From an uncultured delta proteobacterium (lineage in GTDB: Bacteria; Myxococcota_A; Polyangia; Polyangiales; Houyiibacteriaceae), in NCBI GenBank assembly GCA_963699755.1, contig CAVOVB010000001.1, forward strand, positions 224,001 to 288,000: 64,000 nt of DNA, written 5' to 3'. Position numbers and translations under genes: made by a program. Of the stretch, positions 56,863-64,000 are shown piece after piece (positions within the stretch are counted from its first letter, which is position 1; the number at the start of each line of letters is the position of its first letter). The notes beneath the pieces were generated by a model. The model ran no database searches. It saw only the letters and a list, made by a program, of their open reading frames with translations, and was not told the DNA's origin.

Positions 56863-58536
56863 CTAATCCGCGTCACCTCCGCAACGCATGTCATTCGCGG
56901 CAGCGTCGATGCTATGACGCGTCGCCTCGAGGTCGGTTTGTCGTGACCATAGCTCGAGTTGTCGCCGAACTTCGGGGCAGAGCTCATCTCCAACGCCAAA
57001 CGAAAGGGCCAAGGCCAGTGCGTCGGCAACCTCGCCTCGCTCGTACTTCCAGCGCATTGCGTGTGCACGAAGCACCGGATTGTCGGAGTGAGCTTCCAGG
57101 GCGTGGGCCATCGCGATGTCACGGGTCCGAAAATCGGAGAGCTCGGTGCTGAGAACGAAGACCGGCATGACGAGCGCTTCGGGCCAAGGCGGCCCGGGCA
57201 TCTTCGCAAGAGCTTGTCGCGCGAGCTCGGGCTGAGCGCTCTCCTGTGACGTTCTCGCATAGTAGAAGAACATCGTGGGGTCGTCGGGGTGGTCGGCGAG
57301 CATGGCGTTCTCGTACGCGGTGTGATTCACATAGGCCAGACTTGCGGTCCTCGTACCGATCGCGGCCACCAGTAGCAGGGCTACGGCAATGCCCCAGACG
57401 AGGGCGCCGCGCTGAGACCATGCATCGACGGCCTGCGTCACATAAGGTGCCCCCGCCAGCAAGAACAGAATGGACGGCATGTAGAGATACCGATCGAAGC
57501 CAAGCCAGATGGCCTGCGAGACGACGACGCATGGGGCGATCGTGAGCGCTGCGCCGATGAAGTAGGCAAGACCGCCGATATCTCTACGCCACAGCAACCC
57601 GAACCCAGCTGCAAACAGTGCCGCCGCTCCGACCCACTCGCCAGTGGATAGGGGCTTGTAGAGCTCCCACGCGAGTGAGTGCATCGCTTCTGCACGGAGA
57701 GCGAGCAGAGCGTCAGCGCTCATGGCGAGCAGCTGCGGTACCTCGGCCCAGACGGAAGCGTCGAACAAGATGTCTTCAGCCGCTCCGAATCGCTCGAAGA
57801 AGGGAACGTAGATCCAGCGTAGAAATAGGTAGAACCCGATGCCTGCGAAGAGCGGGACACCCGCGGTCCAGCGAGACGGGCGATCGGGGAGTCGAAAAGC
57901 AACGCCGAGCCACAGAGCCACGGCAGCGAGGACGAATGGCAACTTGGACGCAGCACCGAGGAACGCCAGTAGCGCGATCGCGAGCGCCTCCCAGCGCCAA
58001 TCGGTCCACCGGCGAAGCAAAACCGCGGCCAGCGCGGCGAGGAAGAACCCGGCCACCAAATCGGAGCGGCCGTTGATCCATACGTACACCTCGACGGCGA
58101 CCGGGTGTAACAGGAAGATCGCTGTCAGAAACAGCATGACGGCCTGGGCGGACGATCGAGCATCCGAGGAAGCTTGGCGGAGCAGCGCCACGTACAGGAG
58201 CGCTCCGGTCGCGAGGTGGAGCACCCAACTCACTAGATGATGCAGCCACGGCTTCGGAATGAGCGCATGGGAGAGGAGCAGCGTGAACATGGTCACGGGG
58301 CGGTACGGTCCGCTCGTAGTCGCAACGCCGTCGACGGCTTGATAGTGGTGCGCGTTGCGCGTGAAGACGTCCCAGACGTGCGTCCAGTTGCCGTAGTAGG
58401 GATTGCGCAACATGTGGAAATCATCCCCGACCCAGCTGCCGAGCAGGCCGGGCATCGCTGCGAGAAGCGAGATGAGGGCGATCACGGCGAAGGCCAACCA
58501 TCGCGGCCGCGCAGGTCTCGTCAACAGCAATCCCAT
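56863..58536 (-). CDS. TMTC-like GT-C membrane glycosyltransferase with short C-terminal helical region
   Basis: WVGDD, YRPV, LH...LLY, FLLHP..VE...WINGRSDL, DRYLYMP. Start moved to ATG 58536. Confidence 0.72.
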   Translation of the reverse strand: MGLLLTRPARPRWLAFAVIALISLLAAMPGLLGSWVGDDFHMLRNPYYGNWTHVWDVFTRNAHHYQAVDGVATTSGPYRPVTMFTLLLSHALIPKPWLHHLVSWVLHLATGALLYVALLRQASSDARSSAQAVMLFLTAIFLLHPVAVEVYVWINGRSDLVAGFFLAALAAVLLRRWTDWRWEALAIALLAFLGAASKLPFVLAAVALWLGVAFRLPDRPSRWTAGVPLFAGIGFYLFLRWIYVPFFERFGAAEDILFDASVWAEVPQLLAMSADALLALRAEAMHSLAWELYKPLSTGEWVGAAALFAAGFGLLWRRDIGGLAYFIGAALTIAPCVVVSQAIWLGFDRYLYMPSILFLLAGAPYVTQAVDAWSQRGALVWGIAVALLLVAAIGTRTASLAYVNHTAYENAMLADHPDDPTMFFYYARTSQESAQPELARQALAKMPGPPWPEALVMPVFVLSTELSDFRTRDIAMAHALEAHSDNPVLRAHAMRWKYERGEVADALALALSFGVGDELCPEVRRQLELWSRQTDLEATRHSIDAAANDMRCGGDAD

Positions 58537-58720
58537 GCCCCAAGATCCTACCGACCTTGCCCAAAACGAGGCGAGCTTTCTGCGATTCCTTTGCAGTGTC
58601 GTGGGATGGCGGTCGTCGGCGGGCCACAACGAACCGCCATGCGCTTTCCTTCTGCTCTTGCGGAATTGCAGAGGAATCCAGCCGGGTCGGAGCGGCACGG
58701 TTCTGGCTGTGGTGCAGAGG

Positions 58721-59638
58721 ATGAGCCGCAGACGAATGATCGAGCCGGGAATGGTGTGGGCCCTTTCCCGCCGGACCACACGCCGTTACTTCCTTCTCAA
58801 TCCCGACCAAGCACGACAGATCGAGCAGTCGTATTGGTACTGCCTCGGTCATGCGGCGCACAAGCACGGGGTGATCGTGCATGCGGCCTGCTTGATGTCG
58901 ACCCATGCCCATGAGGTCATCACCGATGTGCGCGGGGAACTCTCCCTGTTCCTCGAAACCTTTCACCGTCTTCTTGCTCTTTGCGTGAAGTCCATTCGAG
59001 GCTGGCCTGGGGAGGTCTTCGACAAAGACAGCACCAGCGCGGTGGAGCTACTGACGCCGGAGGCGATGATCAAGTCGCTTGCCTATCTCATTGCGAATCC
59101 GGTCGAAGCGATGGCGGTTCGCTACGCCAAGGATTGGCCAGGGGCACAGACGCTGCCTGGTGACATCGGCTCACGCATAGTGAAAGCACGCCGGCCCACT
59201 CACTTCTTCAGGGCCAACAACGCGCAGTGGCGTTAGGTGATCGAGCTTCCGCTGCAGATGCCTACCGCCCTCGAGCTCGACTACGGCACCGAGCTTGCGC
59301 AGCGACGCATCGCCGAGCGTTTGCAAGAGCTGGAGCATCGGGCCTGGCAAGAGTCGAAGCGCACCGGCATTGGGTTTGTCGGTCGACATCGCGTGCTCCG
59401 GCACGCCAGCACCAAACGAGCCCGGAGCCGCGAAGCATTCGGGAGTCTCAATCCGCAGTTTGCAGCGGCTGGGAATCATGAGGCGGCTAGAGAAGCGGTG
59501 GAGAGGCTGCGGGCGTTCAATGCGCAGTACAACAAAGCGCTTGCGGCCTGGACCTCAGGCAAGCGCAACGTGCTCTTCCCGATCGGGACCTGGTGGATGC
59601 GAGTGCATCACGGGGCACGGTGCGGGCCAGCGCCGTAG
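58721..59638 (+). pseudogene. RAYT/IS200-like Y1 HUH transposase interrupted by an in-frame TAG (59234-59236)
   Basis: SRRT..R.FLL, ACLMSTHAH (HUH), YLIANPV. The same frame continues after the TAG to FPIGTWWMR. Confidence 0.8.
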
Positions 59639-59799
59639 CGTCCAGCTGCAAGATGCGCGCATGCCTCAGAACACAGCGCTCAGAACCTGGCTGTGAGGCG
59701 TTAGGGTGCGTCAGCAGTGCGACGCTGATGGGTTTGTAGCGCGAAGCGCTAGCCGAAAGCCGGCCAGCCGCGTCCATCTGGCGGCAGCCACGGCCGCTC

Positions 59800-59838
59800 G
59801 TAGGAGTCGACGACGCAGTACTGCTGCGTCGTCGACTC
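59800..59838 (+). repeat. GTAG-type REP-like palindrome
   Basis: GTAG + GAGTCGACGACGCAG-TACTG-CTGCGTCGTCGACTC: a perfect 15-bp stem about 160 bp downstream of the RAYT-like gene. Confidence 0.7.
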
Positions 59839-59864
59839 TTCGCGGTGCTTCTGTTCTCCGCCAA

Positions 59865-59894
59865 GCTCGGTCAGATCTGCTCGGTCAGATCTGC
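59865..59894. repeat. 14-bp direct tandem duplication
   Basis: GCTCGGTCAGATCT twice, followed by GC. Confidence 0.8.
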
Positions 59895-59898
59895 AGGG

Positions 59899-60540
59899 CT
59901 AAGGTTGGGTGCAGGTGGATCGCAGGGTGCGATCTGCGTTGCGGCATGCATCGTCGTTCGCGCGACCTAGGACCCGGTTTTCGATCTCGGTGCACGTCAT
60001 GGCTGCTTGGCAGGTGAGTGTATTGACGATCGCGCGACTGCAGTCAGCGGAGCCATTCTCCGCTCGGCCGTAGTCCGCGACGCAGACCTCGATGCAGTTC
60101 GAATTGGCGTCGGTGCGAGGGCAGTCGTCGATGGCGGCACACACGGCCTCGCAGGCCAGCGAGAGCTCATCGCTGGCCGGCTCCGCCTCACCTGGAGTGC
60201 ACTGGAGCACCGCCTGCTCCTTGGCCACGCACTGGTCATCGTAGGAGCTGCTGATGGCCCGACGCATGAGCTCTTCGCAGCTGAGATTCAACTGGCAGCC
60301 GATGGCAACGTCAAGCGCACCGGGGCAGGTGCCTCCAACGAGCTCGGCGTCTGCGACCGCCGCCTCGCAGTTGGAAACGCAGTCGCTTGGGGCGTAGAGG
60401 TTGGGACAGTCGTCTCCGTGCTGGCACATCTGCTGGCACTTGCTCCCAATGCCTCCGTCAGGCGAAGCGTCTCCACAGCCGGTGGCGGTAAAGCAGGCAC
60501 CCAGGCAAAGCACAAATCGAATGCTGTGATTGCGGATCAT
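59899..60540 (-). CDS. Cys-rich lipoprotein with two internal repeats
   Basis: RBS AGAGGAG; lipobox TATGC; two domains with pattern CxxxC..C..CxxxC..C..CQ...C..C. Start moved to ATG 60540. Confidence 0.75.
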   Translation of the reverse strand: MIRNHSIRFVLCLGACFTATGCGDASPDGGIGSKCQQMCQHGDDCPNLYAPSDCVSNCEAAVADAELVGGTCPGALDVAIGCQLNLSCEELMRRAISSSYDDQCVAKEQAVLQCTPGEAEPASDELSLACEAVCAAIDDCPRTDANSNCIEVCVADYGRAENGSADCSRAIVNTLTCQAAMTCTEIENRVLGRANDDACRNADRTLRSTCTQP

Positions 60541-60580
60541 TTTTGTCTCCTCTTGCTTGGATCGGTTCAAGTCAGACGGC

Positions 60581-60793
60581 CTACAGGCAGGCGCCGTACG
60601 CGGGTCGAACGGCCGACTCCTCGAGGGTTTCCGCCTCATAGCGCTGCCAGTGGTTCGCAACTTCGGCGGCTTGGATGTCAGAGACATTGTCGGCCTCGCG
60701 GCGGCGGCCTCCGTGCACGTGCTCCCTCGGCTGAAGGGCGAACAAGAACAGAGCCATGGCCACCAGAACCAACAGAAGGTCCCTGAGCATCAT
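60581..60793 (-). CDS. Small protein with N-terminal hydrophobic segment
   Basis: GAGGA before ATG 60793; MMLRDLLLVLVAMALFLFA; lies downstream of a sigma-54-like promoter. Confidence 0.45.
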   Translation of the reverse strand: MMLRDLLLVLVAMALFLFALQPREHVHGGRRREADNVSDIQAAEVANHWQRYEAETLEESAVRPAYGACL

Positions 60794-60846
60794 CGGCTGC
60801 TTCCTCGTCGAAATCGCTGCGTCGTCGTCCATGTCCCACTGCATAC

Positions 60847-60861
60847 GCAGGAGTCATGCCG
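60847..60861 (-). promoter_or_regulatory. Putative sigma-54 -24/-12 promoter
   Basis: Minus strand CGGCATGACTCCTGC = GG-N10-GC. Confidence 0.5.
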
Positions 60862-60963
60862 CCCAAAAAGCCCAATGCTTTCCGGAAATCAGCCCCAGAG
60901 TGACGTACGTACGTCGGTCGGTTTCGGATCGAAGACCGGGAAACGTCGACTTGGGCGCGGCGG

Positions 60964-62694
60964 CTAGAACCGTCCGGCAAAGCCGAGATAGGCAAAGGTG
61001 CGTCCGACCTCGACGCGGGGTTCGAGCTTCGCCTTGCTCGGTCGAAGGAGGTAGACGAGTGGCATCGTGATCAGAGGCGCTGCCGTGAGGCCGGTGAGGA
61101 GCGCGATGCTGATTTGCTCGCCTCGGTCGAAGCAAGCTCGAACTTGCGCTGAGCTGAGCTGCAGACTGGAACAGCCGACGCCCGGTTCCGTTTCCGCGGT
61201 GACGCCGTACGCGATCGAGAAGGCAGCCAGACCGAGCCCGCCCGCGCCGGACAGCCACCCCCACCATGGGGTCTTGTCTCGCTCTGGTAGCGCGAGCGGC
61301 ATGGCGGTGATCAGAGCTGCCGAGCCGACCGAAGCGCTGACGATGATTCCTGTGCCGAGGTCAAACCACTTCTGTTGAACGAGCCGATCTGGTTGCATCG
61401 CCTCGACTCCAGTGACCCAATCCACTCCCGTGTTGTGGTGCGGGACAACTAGCGCATAGCCGGTCGCAATCCCCGCAATGCCGAGGCCGACCAACGTGAG
61501 ACCCGAAATGAACTGCCCGCGCGGCCTTCGCCCAGCCGGCCAGCTACTTGGGGTGGCTGTTCGGCTCACCTCGTCGCGTCCGCAGGGAAATGCGACGGGC
61601 TTCGTGGAGGTGAAGTCGGTGCATTCGCCCGCGATCAGCGCGCGCGCGGCCGCGCCGAGGTCGGCCTCGCTCGGTCCGCTGCGGCCAACGAAGATCCTGG
61701 CTACCGCGGCAGGCCCAAGGGGTTCATCGGAGGCCACCTCCATTCGCTCGAGTTGCATCGTCTCCGCCGTGGGCATCGATAGCAGGACGACGGTGCCGGC
61801 CGCGACTTCTTTTGCAATTCGTTGCGCATCGCTTGCCCTGTGCTCCAGCTCGTCGGCGATGTTCGTGTAGCGCAAATGAAGGCTTGGGCGGCTCTCGACG
61901 GTATCGTCGAAACGCGAATCGACTTGGCGCTCCGTTCGCCCCGCACCGACGGTGACGAAGTGGACCCTGCCCCGCTTGCTGGGATCACATTCAACCTGAA
62001 CGCGGTACTGACCGGGGAACAACTTACCTATCGACACCGGCGTCTCGCCCAAGAGCACTCCGTTCAAGCGTGCCGCGCAGCCGGTTGGCGAGCTTTCGAG
62101 TCGGAGCGCTCCGGTTTGCCTGTTCTGTAGTGCATCGATCTGGCCCAGAAGATCGGTCACCTCAGGCGGGTGCATGTATGGGCTCGGCTCGGCACGAGGC
62201 ACGAGCTGACGACACTCTCGAGCCAGAGCCCGTGCGCGCGATTTCGATTCGGTCGCCAGCGCCGCGCGAACCACGTAGAGGCAGGTATCGAACACCCGCC
62301 TCGCCTGCTCCGGATCCCTGTTGAGCTCTTCAATCGCCGAGCGTGACAAGTCCTGTGCGGCGCTCAGCTTCTCGAGTGCCCTCTTGTAGTCGCCCTCGGC
62401 CAAGTCATCGACGGAGCCGAGCGACAGCGACAGCCAGCGGTCGCGCTCGCGCTGGTCCAGTAGCGCAGCCGGCGCCGAAACCTCCGCCTCGAACTTCGCC
62501 GCCGCGGTTTCGAACGACCAAACCTCCGCACCATGCTCGACGAGTGCGGCACGAGTGGCCGCAGCGGCAGGGTCCATCCAATCTGCGTCGGCGCTCGAGC
62601 TGCTGGGCACGATGAGCCAGGCGTTATCCGTCTGAGCCGCCGCGCTGCCGACTAGCAGAGTCCAGCAAGCGGCGGTCAGCAAGAACAGGCGCAT
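60964..62694 (-). CDS. PEGA-domain secreted/membrane protein
   Basis: Signal peptide ending AAA; LRLESSPTGCAARLNG..LGETP.....PGQY; C-terminal TM segments; GFAGRF end. Start moved to ATG 62694. Confidence 0.78.
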   Translation of the reverse strand: MRLFLLTAACWTLLVGSAAAQTDNAWLIVPSSSSADADWMDPAAAATRAALVEHGAEVWSFETAAAKFEAEVSAPAALLDQRERDRWLSLSLGSVDDLAEGDYKRALEKLSAAQDLSRSAIEELNRDPEQARRVFDTCLYVVRAALATESKSRARALARECRQLVPRAEPSPYMHPPEVTDLLGQIDALQNRQTGALRLESSPTGCAARLNGVLLGETPVSIGKLFPGQYRVQVECDPSKRGRVHFVTVGAGRTERQVDSRFDDTVESRPSLHLRYTNIADELEHRASDAQRIAKEVAAGTVVLLSMPTAETMQLERMEVASDEPLGPAAVARIFVGRSGPSEADLGAAARALIAGECTDFTSTKPVAFPCGRDEVSRTATPSSWPAGRRPRGQFISGLTLVGLGIAGIATGYALVVPHHNTGVDWVTGVEAMQPDRLVQQKWFDLGTGIIVSASVGSAALITAMPLALPERDKTPWWGWLSGAGGLGLAAFSIAYGVTAETEPGVGCSSLQLSSAQVRACFDRGEQISIALLTGLTAAPLITMPLVYLLRPSKAKLEPRVEVGRTFAYLGFAGRF

Positions 62695-62785
62695 TGCGCC
62701 TACTATCACGGTTGCGAACGGCTGGATCAACAACATCCTGAAGGGGTAGTCGCGACGCCGACAAGCATGTAGTCTCGGATCACTG

Positions 62786-64000
62786 ATGCCCCCATCGAGT
62801 CCGACACAACCCTGGCCGCGCCTGCGCGACGTCGTAGAGGCCTCCGTCACGGGGCTCCATCGCGGGCGCTTCATCGAGGAAACGCTGGAGGCGCTGTGCG
62901 TGCAGCTCGGCGCGGCTTCGGCTTGGAGCACGCTGGAAACCAAGGGGGGAGGGCCCATGCATCGGTCGCGCACGACCAGCTTTCGCGGCGTGGCCCCTGC
63001 CATCTTGGCGATGCATGTGAGCGATGTGCTCGCACAGGTCCAGAGCAAGCTCAAGACCGTCGCGGGCCGCGTTCCCTATGCGCCGGACGGCTCGTTCATC
63101 GCGGTTCCGCTCTGGTCACAGCCCACCTCGTCGAAAGGGCGGAGCCTCGTCGGGTCGCTCTACATGGAGTTCACCGAAGATCAGGGCACGAACGACGACG
63201 TCGTCGGGGTCGTGGAGACCGTCGGTACCCTGCTCGGCGGGCTCATCGCTCAACAGACGGTCATCGAGGACACCAAAGAAGACCTCCGCGCCCAGCGCGC
63301 CACCGAGCCCACCAGCCAGCGTCTCACGCTCGACGAGCTCCTGGAGCCCGAGAGCATGGCTTCCGTTGGCGACGAGCTTCGCTCTGCAATCGGGGGCGAC
63401 GAGTCGATCATGATTCTCGGCGAGTCCGGCACCGGCAAGACCCAACTCGCAACGGCGTTCGCACACGCAAGCAACCAAGAGCCGATCGTCCGCGCCACGC
63501 TCGGCTTGGCCGACGATTTGAATACCATCACCTCGGAGCTCTTTGGCCACGAGCGTGGCTCTTTTTCGGGTGCTGTCTCGAAGCGGAAAGGCCTGGTCGA
63601 GTATGCGAACAACGGGACTCTCATCTTCGACGAAGTGCTCAACCTTACGCACCATGCCCAGCAGCTCCTTCTCGACTTTACACAGTTTGGCTCGTACCGG
63701 CCGCTCGGGTTTCAAGGGCCCGAGCCCAAGACGGCGAAGCTTCGCATCATCTCGGTGACCAACGGCGACATGCAAAAGGCGATGGCGGAGCGCTCGTTCC
63801 GCCAGGACCTGTACTACAGGCTCGCCGCGGTGCCCATCACCCTGCCCCCGCTGCGGGAGCGACGCTGGGACATTCCGAACATCGCTGTTCGGTACCTGCA
63901 CCGAATCGACCCAAAGACGAGCTGGGAGCTCGACGGCAGCGCGATGGAGGCCCTGCTCTTCCCGGGGCTACGCTGGGCCGGCAACATCCGCGAGCTAGAG
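62786..64000 (+). CDS. Sigma-54-dependent transcriptional activator (GAF-like N-terminus plus AAA+), truncated by the window end
   Basis: Not in the ORF track; translated by hand. ILGESGTGKT, SELFGHERGSFSGA, GTLIFDEV, FRQDLYYRL, WAGNIREL. Confidence 0.9.
   Translation, partial: MPPSSPTQPWPRLRDVVEASVTGLHRGRFIEETLEALCVQLGAASAWSTLETKGGGPMHRSRTTSFRGVAPAILAMHVSDVLAQVQSKLKTVAGRVPYAPDGSFIAVPLWSQPTSSKGRSLVGSLYMEFTEDQGTNDDVVGVVETVGTLLGGLIAQQTVIEDTKEDLRAQRATEPTSQRLTLDELLEPESMASVGDELRSAIGGDESIMILGESGTGKTQLATAFAHASNQEPIVRATLGLADDLNTITSELFGHERGSFSGAVSKRKGLVEYANNGTLIFDEVLNLTHHAQQLLLDFTQFGSYRPLGFQGPEPKTAKLRIISVTNGDMQKAMAERSFRQDLYYRLAAVPITLPPLRERRWDIPNIAVRYLHRIDPKTSWELDGSAMEALLFPGLRWAGNIRELE

Noticed and set aside
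58693..58707. GG-N10-GC motif just before the RAYT-like start
   Set aside because: The -12 element is TGGC rather than TTGC, and it lies too close to the ATG to be convincing.

Overview
GC-rich bacterial chromosomal DNA, most likely from a myxobacterium (Myxococcota). The evidence is a MYXO-CTERM-like sorting tail, PEGA-domain proteins, Hanks-type kinases, Cys-rich lipoproteins and sigma-54 features. The main feature is a 16 kb operon (4062-20260) behind a sigma-54-type promoter. It encodes an acyl-CoA dehydrogenase, a 2748-aa type I PKS/FAS (KS-AT-KS-ACPx3-KR-DH), a single-chain 1853-aa biotin-dependent acyl-CoA carboxylase and an Sfp-type PPTase. All three ACPs carry Thr (GIDTVK) instead of Ser at the phosphopantetheine site. 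Both KS domains keep Cys-His-His, and no ER or TE domain is visible. A divergent SGNH-MBOAT-SGNH O-acylation cluster lies next to it. The rest of the window holds kinase/ECF signalling genes, surface proteins (including a diheme beta-propeller), a possible sphingolipid-catabolic neighbourhood and a translation/Mg2+ gene run (ArfB, degenerate EF-G paralogue, RimK, MgtE). It also has an amber-interrupted RAYT-type transposase with a GTAG-REP hairpin and a truncated sigma-54 activator at the right edge. No rRNA, tRNA or CRISPR array was recognised. All calls come from motif reading by eye; no database searches were run.
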